Shown here: piece by piece, positions 18,773-27,615 of the stretch
Numbering within the stretch: the stretch's first letter is position 1
Layout of the letters: the number at the start of each line of letters is the position of its first letter
Notes under the pieces: model-generated
Seen by the model: the letters and a program-made list of their open reading frames with translations, nothing else
What the model was told of the DNA's origin: nothing
Database searches by the model: none
Origin: Microcoleaceae cyanobacterium
GTDB lineage: Bacteria; Cyanobacteriota; Cyanobacteriia; Cyanobacteriales; Microcoleaceae
Direction: 5' to 3'
Length of the DNA stretch: 32,000 bases
Assembly (NCBI GenBank): GCA_049647265.1
Contig: JBARXJ010000061.1
Location: 28,750-60,749 of the forward strand
Program-made: the position numbers and the translations under genes

Positions 18773-19302
18773 AATTAGATCTGACTCCTGAGAATTAAAT
18801 TTAAGTCGTTTCCTATAATTTTTTTATTTTAATCGGATTGAGTCTGATTTTAAACTCATTTCTGTTTTAGAGCTGTTCTTCTACATTTTGTCAATCCCTT
18901 AAATATAATTTTTTCTTATGTAATACATAGGTTTCATTTATAGTTTCGATTAAGATTTTGTTACAATCTATCTTTGTTTGAGGCACAATCATTGATGGCG
19001 GGATAAAACAGTCCGATCATTCTTGAGGAATTTAAGCTCACGATTTATCTGCGCTGTTGTGTCTCTACTGAACTGAAATTGAGAAGTTATTCTGATCGCC
19101 CTTAGGAGAGACTGTACACCAATCATAAGAGTTTCCATTAGCTGAGTATCCATCCATCATGTGTAGGCTATAGATTTATCAAGCTAATCGCCCGACTGCA
19201 TCAGTTATGAATGACCTACTTTAGCGAATGGTGTTACTGCAATGCATAACCACTATTGTCAAGAGTTTCAACACCTGAGCGCCTGATCTGAGGAATTAGA
19301 TA

Positions 19303-19677
19303 ATGAATATCGCACACCATACCATATCTCGTTTAACTATCGCGAATTGGGTTCGGTCTCATACGCCAATTCGTTCCATTCGCACTCGTCTTACTCGTCT
19401 TTCTCACAGATTACAAGGCTTGCACTTCAAGTCTCAGCTTACCCCCTTCAAACCCCTACGACAGTGGCTGAATCAGATAGAAGTGAAAAATCCTCAACTC
19501 GCTGAGTTATTTTGTCACCTGATTCCTGCTCAATGTCCATTCGCACGCGAAATTCGCTTTCATGGCAAGCTCTTATTTGAGATTCCGCCGATGTGTAAAA
19601 TCAATCCTTTGTATGAAGAACTGATGTATCTGCGGTTCCGAGCGATGTGTTATCTCGCGGATGAATGCGGTGGTTAA
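19303..19677 (+). CDS. Mo-dependent nitrogenase C-terminal domain-containing protein (family name only; function unknown)
   Basis: 124 aa. LIPAQCPFAREI...IPPMCKINPLYEELMYLRFRAMCYLADECG matches my memory of the conserved cyanobacterial Mo-nitro_C family. Confidence 0.6.
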   Translation: MNIAHHTISRLTIANWVRSHTPIRSIRTRLTRLSHRLQGLHFKSQLTPFKPLRQWLNQIEVKNPQLAELFCHLIPAQCPFAREIRFHGKLLFEIPPMCKINPLYEELMYLRFRAMCYLADECGG

Positions 19678-19778
19678 AGCAATCTAAGATTTTATCACTG
19701 ATTGTTATAGCGCGATCGCGCCTGGGAACAATGCAAGCTGTCTTGTGCTGCGAAGACAACGTTGCTAGGGGAGACTGA

Positions 19779-19890
19779 GTAAGAGAGGGGTTCGCCTGCG
19801 CCCTCGCAACTGCCGTGGTTCCCACGGGGTATATAAAGGTCGCGGGTTCAAGAGCGCTCCCCAGCCCCTCCCCATTCCCTGTTGCCTGAA
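19779..19890. repeat. Intergenic copy of the GC-rich dispersed repeat family
   Basis: ggggttcgcctgcg (19787-19800) is the exact reverse complement of 7853-7866. A ccgtgg-ttc-ccacgg hairpin is present. gagcgctccccagcccctccccattccct resembles the reverse complement of the GAGGGGCTGGGGGTGAGGG arm of the 28.4-29.1 kb repeats. Confidence 0.45.
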
Positions 19891-19932
19891 AGCCCCATAT
19901 CATCGTTTGGGGGCATTCAAGACAATACACAT

Positions 19933-21225
19933 TCAAGCGGACATCATTGACGGTTTGGGATTAGGCGTTATCGTTTCCGTCTGAATGATATCCTGATGTT
20001 GCTTTCCCTGCAAACACCCCCTCGCTTCAGCCATATCTCTTTTTGTGGCTTCCCTAAGCTGTTCTCGCAGTGCAGGCATTGCGGCTAATGCTCTGGTCCA
20101 ATCCGGAATTTGAGCACCCGCAGGATTTTCAAAAAACAGTTGTCCCGCTTCTGCAATCACTTGTTCAAATACTTCCACAATCACTTCTTCCTGATGACGG
20201 TCATAGCTTAAATTATTAAAACGAGCATCAACAAAATATTGTCGGCTAAAATCTTGAGCTTCTCGACGAAATTTAATTCGTAGTGCATGAATATGTTCTA
20301 TGCCAATGACGACTCTTTCCGTCTCAGTCAGGGTGCGTAGAATTGAGCGAAAAATATCTCGGCACATTTTTCGTAACCCTTCGTTACTCGATTCACCAAT
20401 GGGTTGATGTTTGTGATCAAATATTCCTAAATCAATTTGAGCAATTCGTTTTTCAGCCACGTTACGATAGACTTCACCCAGTAGACCTATTTCTAGACCC
20501 CAGTTTCCTGGAATGCGAGTATTCAATGCGAGATCATTGGTTAAAGCAAACTCTCCAGAAAGGGGATAACGGTAAGCACTGAGATAACGTAGATAATTTT
20601 GGTATCCGAATAAATCCGTCAAAGCACAGAGTAAAGGAATAACAAATAAACGCATCACTCGCCCATGGAAACATAACGGTTCACCGCCAATACGAGCGTA
20701 ATAGGCTTTATTAAATGCAATGCCTAAATCTTTTTCGATTAATGGAAACAGTAGCTTCAGTGGGTAAGATTTATCGTATGTGATGATATCGGCATCATGC
20801 AATGCAATTGCCTCAGCTTGTAAAGAAGCAATACCGAGGCCAATCCAAACAGCTTGACCTTTCCCTTTAAACCGCAGTAAATCTAAACCTTTGGTTCTGA
20901 GTTTTTCTAAAAGCTGAGTCACTCGAGAACCATTTTCCCAAATTACAAAAGTAGTTTGAGGCAAAGCACTGAAAAATTCTACCGCGTGAGCATATTGTTC
21001 TTGAGTTTGAGCATTCACTGCCACCACAACCGTATTGACAAACTGACATAAAGCCAGTTCATTCCGAATTTTAGTTAAGGCAGGACGTTCTAATTCTTCG
21101 TATAAAGCGGGAATCAGAACTGCGGTTGGGGCTGTTTCAGTCAGTTGGGTGAGTCGAGCTTCCAATAGCTCTAAATCACAGCCAAAATCGTGAATTGTTG
21201 TAATTAATTCTTGTTTGTAGTCCAT
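19933..21225 (-). CDS. glycosyltransferase (GT-A fold; glucosyl-/mannosyl-3-phosphoglycerate synthase-like, family assignment uncertain)
   Basis: 430-aa ORF. It has a DXD-type motif in ALHDADIITYD preceded by a beta-alpha Rossmann-like region (VLIPALYEE...VVVAVNA). The specific family call is from memory only. Confidence 0.6.
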   Translation of the reverse strand: MDYKQELITTIHDFGCDLELLEARLTQLTETAPTAVLIPALYEELERPALTKIRNELALCQFVNTVVVAVNAQTQEQYAHAVEFFSALPQTTFVIWENGSRVTQLLEKLRTKGLDLLRFKGKGQAVWIGLGIASLQAEAIALHDADIITYDKSYPLKLLFPLIEKDLGIAFNKAYYARIGGEPLCFHGRVMRLFVIPLLCALTDLFGYQNYLRYLSAYRYPLSGEFALTNDLALNTRIPGNWGLEIGLLGEVYRNVAEKRIAQIDLGIFDHKHQPIGESSNEGLRKMCRDIFRSILRTLTETERVVIGIEHIHALRIKFRREAQDFSRQYFVDARFNNLSYDRHQEEVIVEVFEQVIAEAGQLFFENPAGAQIPDWTRALAAMPALREQLREATKRDMAEARGCLQGKQHQDIIQTETITPNPKPSMMSA

Positions 21226-21703
21226 AAAAAAACACCCAACTTCCTTAATTTCAACGATATAGTATTGATTATAAAGGGTTTGGAGTAATAGAAATGCATA
21301 AAGTTATACCACTGTTGTTGTAATGCATTCTCAATTCTCCTGCTTCAATCTGATAAGCTATAACCAGAGGCTTATTACAAATCGATTGATCGCGGAACTC
21401 AAATGATGATCTGTATGTTTTTATTATAAAAGATAAAAAATTACTCCTATCTTCTCAATAAAATAGAACATTTATACTCAAAAGTTTTTAATTGATATAA
21501 AAGTGTCTATTATACTCCCTCACTTCAGCTCAAATGTGCTATTCTCTCAAAGGCGATGATGCTATTAAACCGATTCAGAATTTAACTGAAAATCCGGTCA
21601 TTGATAATCGCTATATTGATGAGTGCTTAGAATTTTGCAGTTAGACTATTGGTATTTTACTTAATCAATTCAAACAAAATTTATCCTCAATAAACCACCG
21701 ATC

Positions 21704-22654
21704 ATGAAAGCAGTCATTTTTAATCAGTATGGTGAAGCTGATGTCCTCCAATATCAAGATGTAGCCGAGCCTCAAATTCAACCCGATCAATTATTATTAA
21801 AAGCTTACGGCACAAGCGTCAACCCAGTAGACTGGAAAATTCGCTCCAGACAGCTTCAACTCTTATCCGGGTTTAACTTTCCAAAATCCATAGGATCTGA
21901 TGTTTCCGGCGTTGTTGTTGCAATTGGGGAAAAAGTCACGGAATTTAAAGTAGGTGATTTAGTGTATACCTTTCTAAATCCTTTAGTTGGGGGAGCTTGC
22001 GCCGAATATGTTGCTGTCCCTGCCGCCACCACCGCCTTAAAACCTGATAATCTTTCTCACACCCAAGCTGCCGCCGTCCCTTTAGCCGGACTCACCGCAT
22101 TACAAGCATTACTCGATATTGGTAAAATTCGAGCAGGACAAACCGTCTTGATTAACGGCGCGTCTGGGGGTGTGGGGAGTTTTGCGGTACAAATTGCCAA
22201 AGTGTTGCAAACCACTGTAACAGGAGTTTGTAGCAGGGCGAATTTAGAGCTTGTCAAACAACTCGGGGCTGATGTGGCAATTGATTATACCCAAACCGAT
22301 TTTACCCAGCAGCCAATCCAATATGATGTGATTTTTGATGCAGTCGGCAAACAATCTTTTTATCGCTGTCAAAATATCCTCAAACCAGACGGGATTTATA
22401 TCTCAACCCTGCCTACCCCGGAAAATTTAGCCGCAGTCGCTCAAACAGCACTATTTCCGGGTCAAAAAGCCAAATTGATTCTAGTACAGCCCAATCGTCG
22501 AGATTTAGAGGCGCTACGAGCATGGATTGAAGCCGATCAAATCCAAGTTATTATTGACAAAACTTATCCCTTATCTGAAATGATTCAAGCCCACCGTCAA
22601 AGTCAAACCGGACGAACGGTTGGTAAAATTGCGATCGCTATAGCGCCAGAGTAA
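21704..22654 (+). CDS. NAD(P)-dependent quinone oxidoreductase / zinc-type alcohol dehydrogenase superfamily (MDR)
   Basis: 316 aa. Has a GroES-like N-terminus (VNPVDWKIR), the Rossmann motif INGASGGVGSFAVQIAK, and a C-terminal GRTVGKIAI. Confidence 0.85.
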   Translation: MKAVIFNQYGEADVLQYQDVAEPQIQPDQLLLKAYGTSVNPVDWKIRSRQLQLLSGFNFPKSIGSDVSGVVVAIGEKVTEFKVGDLVYTFLNPLVGGACAEYVAVPAATTALKPDNLSHTQAAAVPLAGLTALQALLDIGKIRAGQTVLINGASGGVGSFAVQIAKVLQTTVTGVCSRANLELVKQLGADVAIDYTQTDFTQQPIQYDVIFDAVGKQSFYRCQNILKPDGIYISTLPTPENLAAVAQTALFPGQKAKLILVQPNRRDLEALRAWIEADQIQVIIDKTYPLSEMIQAHRQSQTGRTVGKIAIAIAPE

Positions 22655-22813
22655 ACAGTTCACTTAACCACCCAGAAAATTAAAGTCCGTCTCAATTTCC
22701 TATTTGCCTTTTGCCCTCTGCCTTCAAAGGCTATAGCTAAATTGATCGAGTTTCAACAATTGCAGAATCAGGGAACTCTACGGGAGTTAATCTCGTCTAC
22801 AACAGTATTAGAT

Positions 22814-23491
22814 ATGGCCCGCCCGATTCTATCCATGAGTCAATCTGCATTTCTGTCTTGGTCTACAGTAAAAACCGTTAACCCACCGTCTCAGCTCCCA
22901 CCCGAGAAGTTATCCAATGATGAACTGATCTTGCGATGTCAAGCTGGACTCCATCCTGACAAAGCCGCCTTTAGTGAGTTGTTACGCCGATATCAGTCTC
23001 ACGTTGAGAAGGTTTTATATCACCTTGCCCCAGATTGGCAAGATCGAGCTGATTTAGCTCAAGAGATTTGGATTCGAGTCTATCGCAATATCAAGCGATT
23101 ACAAGAACCGAAGAAATTTCGGGGATGGCTGAGCCGAATTGCCACCAATTTATTTTATGACGAATTACGCAAGCGCAAGCGGGTACGACCCCCGTTGTCT
23201 CTAGATGCTCCTCGCAGCTACGATGATAGCGACATGGATTGGGAAATTCCGGCCGATGTTCCAGGGCCAGATGAGAATCTGAGTACTCGGGAATTTTACG
23301 ATCAACTCCAAGATGCGATCGCGGATTTACCCGAAGCATTTCGCGTTACCATTGTATTGCGAGAAATTGAAGGTTTAGCCTATGAAGAAATAGCAGAAAT
23401 TACTGGAGTTTCTCTAGGAACCGTTAAATCAAGAATTGCCAGAGCCCGTCAAAGATTGCAATCTCAGCTCAAAAATTATATCCGTGACTGA
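22814..23491 (+). CDS. ECF-type RNA polymerase sigma-70 family factor
   Basis: Region 2 is DLAQEIWIRVYRNIKRLQEPKKFRGWLSRIATN. The region 4 HTH is LAYEEIAEITGVSLGTVKSRIARARQRL. I prefer the ATG at 22814 to the TTG at 22742 in the ORF track. Confidence 0.85.
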   Translation: MARPILSMSQSAFLSWSTVKTVNPPSQLPPEKLSNDELILRCQAGLHPDKAAFSELLRRYQSHVEKVLYHLAPDWQDRADLAQEIWIRVYRNIKRLQEPKKFRGWLSRIATNLFYDELRKRKRVRPPLSLDAPRSYDDSDMDWEIPADVPGPDENLSTREFYDQLQDAIADLPEAFRVTIVLREIEGLAYEEIAEITGVSLGTVKSRIARARQRLQSQLKNYIRD

Positions 23492-23567
23492 GAAAGCCGT
23501 CACTTTTTAATTTTAATCAAAAACAGTTAAGCATCCCTCAGATTTGAAGTAATTAGGGGGTAAGACT

Positions 23568-24122
23568 ATGAGCAACTCAGATCAATTTCCAGATAATATA
23601 GCAGCCGATAGTAACAGAGAAGCATCCGTGGATCGCGATCAGTCCGAGAAGTACGAATTATTAAGCGCTTATTTAGATGGGGAAGTCACCCCAGAAGAAC
23701 GCCATCAAGTCGAACAATGGATGGCAAACGATCCACAGTTTAAAGCAATGTACTTTGAGTGGTTACAGGTACGCTCTCAGTGGCGTTCTATGCCGATTCC
23801 ACAGTCTACCATTGCCCCTGACGAACTGGCTGAACAGGTGGTAAAACAATTCCACCGCAGAACCCGTAAAACCTTAGTTTGGAAAGGGGCGGCGGTTGCG
23901 TCGGTGTTGATGGCAGCGATCTCAGGGTGGATGTATGGAGGATTGCCTTGGGGTTTAAGGCAACAACTCAGTCAGTCTTCTGAAATAGAACCCCTCAGAA
24001 TTGCGCTTCATGAACCCGTTGTTCCGATTGTCGATCCAGAAGCAGTCAGTATTAGCGTAGATCAACCGTTAATTCAAATTCCTAAAGCCACCCATTCTCG
24101 AAACTTACCACAACAGCCTTAA
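23568..24122 (+). CDS. anti-sigma factor (single-pass membrane)
   Basis: 184 aa, directly downstream of the ECF sigma gene. The anti-sigma N-terminal helix motif is LLSAYLDGEVTPEERHQVEQWMANDP, and there is one TM segment (AAVASVLMAAISGWMYG). Confidence 0.65.
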   Translation: MSNSDQFPDNIAADSNREASVDRDQSEKYELLSAYLDGEVTPEERHQVEQWMANDPQFKAMYFEWLQVRSQWRSMPIPQSTIAPDELAEQVVKQFHRRTRKTLVWKGAAVASVLMAAISGWMYGGLPWGLRQQLSQSSEIEPLRIALHEPVVPIVDPEAVSISVDQPLIQIPKATHSRNLPQQP

Positions 24123-24523
24123 GCTGAACTCCAACAGCCTGTTGGAATTAAAACAACTCCCTTGAACCGTTGAAGTGACTTAAGTGTCATGGTATAAGCC
24201 CAAACTCGGCTGAGGGGTTGACGCTCGACGTTGTAAGTTTGAATCTGTTGTCGTTGGTATTCGTTCTGTTCGGGAGGGCGTTGGGGATCGTAATCTTCCA
24301 ATCGATCTAAAGCTTGTAAAATGGAAGCATCAGCAAAAGATAAAATCACTCCTTGAACGACTCCCTCTCCCGGAACCATTGCTGGATAACCCATGGGTAA
24401 CTGGAATAATTGACCCGAAGCGATCGCGGCTTGAGTGTGAACAACGTACGGTTGACAATAGTGTTGGTAGTTGCGTTCTCCAGGTTTGAGGGTTCCGTAA
24501 ACAAATACTCTTGTCCAATTCAT
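24119..24523 (-). CDS. gamma-glutamylcyclotransferase (GGCT/AIG2-like) family protein
   Basis: 134 aa. The VFVYGTLKPGERNY N-terminal motif plus LDRLEDYD are typical of GGCT-like proteins. Confidence 0.8.
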   Translation of the reverse strand: MNWTRVFVYGTLKPGERNYQHYCQPYVVHTQAAIASGQLFQLPMGYPAMVPGEGVVQGVILSFADASILQALDRLEDYDPQRPPEQNEYQRQQIQTYNVERQPLSRVWAYTMTLKSLQRFKGVVLIPTGCWSSA

Positions 24524-24618
24524 CTTGAATGCCAGCGGTTGAAAGCCTATATTTTTGTTAACATTAAAGTATTAAGATAGAATCTATTCATTTCAGTTGT
24601 TCACCTTCAAATGAGTTC

Positions 24619-25209
24619 ATGGTTGTCATCAGCAGTTTAGATTTATCGCTGTATTTTCTGCCTTTGAGTGCGTTGATACCTGCCCTGGATAGTTTATTTT
24701 CCACTCAAGGGGTCATGGTGATGTTATTGGCTGCCTACGCCGTCGCCATGTGGATGTTCCTCACCAGCGCCCCGAAAGTATACACGGTTATGGTTAGCGA
24801 TATGGGTCAAGCCAGACAATTCTATGAAGGAATCTTGGATTTACCTGTCGCCGATGTTCCGCTTCACTATTATTACAACTATGAACAAACCTTAGGGGCG
24901 ACAGGGATCGATCCGTTATATATGTCTACAACCACTGTACCTGCCTCTGCTGGACAAGATCCGAGTGGTGCAGATGGGTTATGGTATCAACTGATGAAAA
25001 ATACTCAGTTGCATATTATTAGTGGTGCCAGCTACGGTTCAAAAAATCGACAGCGCCATGTTTGTTTTGATCATGACTGCCTCGAACAAATTTTAATGCG
25101 GGTTCAACTTCGAGGGATTAAATTTAAAATTCGCAGTGAAAAACCTTTAAACTTTTTAGTAAAAGATTTTGACGGTAAAGTAATTGAAATGGTAGAAGTT
25201 AAAAATTAA
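24619..25209 (+). CDS. VOC (glyoxalase/bleomycin-resistance/dioxygenase) family protein with hydrophobic N-terminal extension
   Basis: YTVMVSDMGQARQFYEGILDLPV, HVCFDHDCLEQILMRVQLRGIKF and FLVKDFDGKVIEMVE resemble the paired beta-alpha-beta-beta-beta VOC modules. The start is uncertain. Confidence 0.5.
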   Translation: MVVISSLDLSLYFLPLSALIPALDSLFSTQGVMVMLLAAYAVAMWMFLTSAPKVYTVMVSDMGQARQFYEGILDLPVADVPLHYYYNYEQTLGATGIDPLYMSTTTVPASAGQDPSGADGLWYQLMKNTQLHIISGASYGSKNRQRHVCFDHDCLEQILMRVQLRGIKFKIRSEKPLNFLVKDFDGKVIEMVEVKN

Positions 25210-25386
25210 ATCAATTGTTAGAGCGTTATTTGTTCTTTGTTTTTGTTGCTAGAACAATATAATAACTATTGAATAATGATGAAACACTGTATCATTGACC
25301 GACTACGTCGTACGGAAGAGGGTGATAGGGAAGAGGGAGGAAGTGTAGTGAATATAACCATTCATGGATACAAGCCCCAAAATTAA

Positions 25387-27405
25387 TTAATGAGGTTCCC
25401 TTCTTCGGTCTTCCAACTTCGGTCTTCCTTCGTTAATCTTCTTTTTACAAATAACTCGGTGAATATTGACTAACTGCCGCTTTCCTTTCAACGGAAGTGG
25501 CCCCCAAGATTCTGTTTCAAATTCTCCTTCAATATATTGTAACGTTTGCTGAGCAATTAAAACCCGACATAGACTGGATTGTCGATCTTTATAACAGCTT
25601 TCTAAGCGAGACGCAATATTTACACTATCGCCGAGTAATCCATATTCTAAGCGCTCTTTTCCGCCTAAACTCCCCGCAACAATAGGGCCTGTAAAAATCC
25701 CCACGCGCATTTGAATTATGGGCAAACCTCGCTTTTTCCAGTCTTTATTGAGGCGTTTCAACTGTTCGCCAAACTCCAAACCACAATTAACAGCATCTCG
25801 GGCATTAGTGGCAATATCATCTTCTGATTTTTGAGGAATTGGCACACCAAATGCTGCCATAATTCCATCTCCTGTAAACTTATTAATAATACCATCATGA
25901 CTCTGAACACAATGGGTTAAAATCCCTAAATATTCATTCAGCCATTCCATCAATTTTTCGGGGGGCATCTGTTCAGAAACAGTACTAAAATTTTTAATAT
26001 CTGTAAACAGCATCGTCGCAATTAATCGTTGTCCGGGTAAAATACCATCTGATAGTAAGTGATCCCGATTATCCCACAACGCTTTAGCAACCTGAGGAGA
26101 AGCATTTTGTCCCAGTAAGCGCATCATCATTTGTTGCTGTCGCTGGGCTCGAAATGCCCGGTAGGCAATGACTAAACCCATTGTAAACAAGAGAGCTAAA
26201 CTCGGACTAACAATAGGAATCCATTGATGACGTAAAAAGCAAAGATAACAAAACGATAATAATAAACCGAGTAATACTGGAATTCCTAAGCCTAAAGCAA
26301 TCGGATTGCGGCTCCATATCCCTAAACTTGCCCCCAACATTACCCAAGCAACCATCCAACAGATTTCAATCCATTCGGGCCAGAACTTAAACAACGGACG
26401 TGTGCCTTTAACCGCATCTAAGATGTGACTCACCATATGAGCATGAATCATAACCCCCGGCATTCTAGGGCTTTCTGTCTCTGTAGGACTATAAGGCGTG
26501 AGAAACAGATCTTTACCACTAGGGGCAGTAGTTCCAATTAAGACAATTTTATCTTCAATCCAACTCGATTCAATGCGCCCATATAAAACCTGAGTAATAG
26601 TAATAGTACGGGCTACATTTTTAGGCGAACGATAATTTAATAACTGTTGATATCCTCGCTCATCAATGGTTTGAAATCCGCCATCTGTTTTATTGAGGGG
26701 TGAAAATGCGGCTTTTCCCCATAAAATAACATCAGGATCGGTTGAACTATTTTCTGGATAAATCTCTCGATCAGTTAAATATTTTAAAGCGAGTTGTAAA
26801 GCAAATGAATAAAAGTTTCCCGCTTCTGTTTGAGCAAATAATAAACTCCGACGAACAACACCATCTGGATCGGTAACTAAACTATCATTAAAGCCAATTC
26901 GTTCGGCTGGCATCCCTCGTGGTGCAGCAATTTGGCTGGTTTCTCCATTCCCCAAAGTTTGAATCGCGATGATATTATTATTCTTTTCAAACTGTTCCTG
27001 TAACAGTTCAGCTCCCGGCTCATACTGAATATCTCGATAGATATCTAACCCTATCACAGCCGGCTCATATTGGGATAATTTCTCAATCAATCGAGCAATG
27101 ATTTCATCGGACAAAGGCCAGTCATTGAAGGCACGAATATCTTCTTCTGTTACTTCCACAATTAACAGTCGAGAGTCTGCACCCAAATCAGGCTGCCATC
27201 GAACCATTTGATCGTAAAATAGCAGCTCTAACGGTTGTAATAAACCCAATTGAGTCACAAGCAGCAGAAAAATACTACAAAAAATTGTCGCGGTTGCAAC
27301 AACTTGCTTGCCGTTTAAATCAGGCCATTTTTTGATCCATTGTCTTAAGGTTGAAATCCCCACAGGCATCCTTAATCCTTTGCCAACCCAACACAATTGT
27401 GACAT
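25387..27405 (-). CDS. CHASE2 sensor domain-containing class III adenylate/guanylate cyclase
   Basis: 672 aa. It has an N-terminal TM, a periplasmic CHASE2-like region, a cluster of about 3 TM segments (aa ~340-420), and a cyclase domain with the metal-binding Asp motifs MLFTDIKNFS and FTGDGIMAAFG. Confidence 0.85.
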   Translation of the reverse strand: MSQLCWVGKGLRMPVGISTLRQWIKKWPDLNGKQVVATATIFCSIFLLLVTQLGLLQPLELLFYDQMVRWQPDLGADSRLLIVEVTEEDIRAFNDWPLSDEIIARLIEKLSQYEPAVIGLDIYRDIQYEPGAELLQEQFEKNNNIIAIQTLGNGETSQIAAPRGMPAERIGFNDSLVTDPDGVVRRSLLFAQTEAGNFYSFALQLALKYLTDREIYPENSSTDPDVILWGKAAFSPLNKTDGGFQTIDERGYQQLLNYRSPKNVARTITITQVLYGRIESSWIEDKIVLIGTTAPSGKDLFLTPYSPTETESPRMPGVMIHAHMVSHILDAVKGTRPLFKFWPEWIEICWMVAWVMLGASLGIWSRNPIALGLGIPVLLGLLLSFCYLCFLRHQWIPIVSPSLALLFTMGLVIAYRAFRAQRQQQMMMRLLGQNASPQVAKALWDNRDHLLSDGILPGQRLIATMLFTDIKNFSTVSEQMPPEKLMEWLNEYLGILTHCVQSHDGIINKFTGDGIMAAFGVPIPQKSEDDIATNARDAVNCGLEFGEQLKRLNKDWKKRGLPIIQMRVGIFTGPIVAGSLGGKERLEYGLLGDSVNIASRLESCYKDRQSSLCRVLIAQQTLQYIEGEFETESWGPLPLKGKRQLVNIHRVICKKKINEGRPKLEDRRREPH

Positions 27406-27615
27406 CGTTTCCGACTTAATTCCAATACCTTATTAATCCGGTGGCTAAACACCTCAATCTGGGTAAAATTGAAATTTAGTAGCGATCGCGCTTGTTTAAC
27501 ATTTAAAGTAGCCTATGAGAGTTAAACTTCGGATCAGTCGCTATCATGAAGGATGGTTGTTTGCATCCCAACTGGCAAGCATTGAACTGGTTAAGTGCAG
27601 CGAGAGTTATATTTT

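Noticed and set aside
19835-19865. tRNA-like T-arm (gggttcaagag)
   Set aside because: The flanking bases cannot form the T-stem (gcggg has no cccgc partner). No acceptor or anticodon arms could be drawn.
19601-19936. 111-aa minus-strand ORF
   Set aside because: It overlaps the 3' end of the Mo-nitro_C gene. Most of it is a translation of the GC-rich dispersed repeat (GNGEGLGSALEP...). No start context or recognisable domain is present.
25210-25386. Possible terminator hairpin tgttct-N14-agaaca after the VOC gene
   Set aside because: The stem is short and AT-rich with a large loop and no U-tract. That is not convincing as an intrinsic terminator.
2546-25685. Short nested or antisense ORFs from the track (2546-2728, 3234-3446, 3783-4004, 5000-5221, 5679-6002, 10884-11069, 12510-12731, 12710-12910, 13385-13633, 13404-13595, 16137-16370, 17362-17592, 18437-18697, 20343-20582, 20867-21049, 22057-22257, 23091-23339, 24330-24518, 25497-25685)
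   Set aside because: Each lies entirely inside, or overlaps, a longer ORF that has clear family motifs. Their products are low-complexity or lack any motif, so they are typical shadow ORFs.
25387-27405. Cyclase as a Pycsar/CBASS-like defence nucleotide cyclase next to the R-M islet
   Set aside because: It has a CHASE2 extracytoplasmic sensor and a TM cluster typical of cyanobacterial signalling adenylate cyclases. It is on the opposite strand, and no cNMP-binding effector gene is adjacent.
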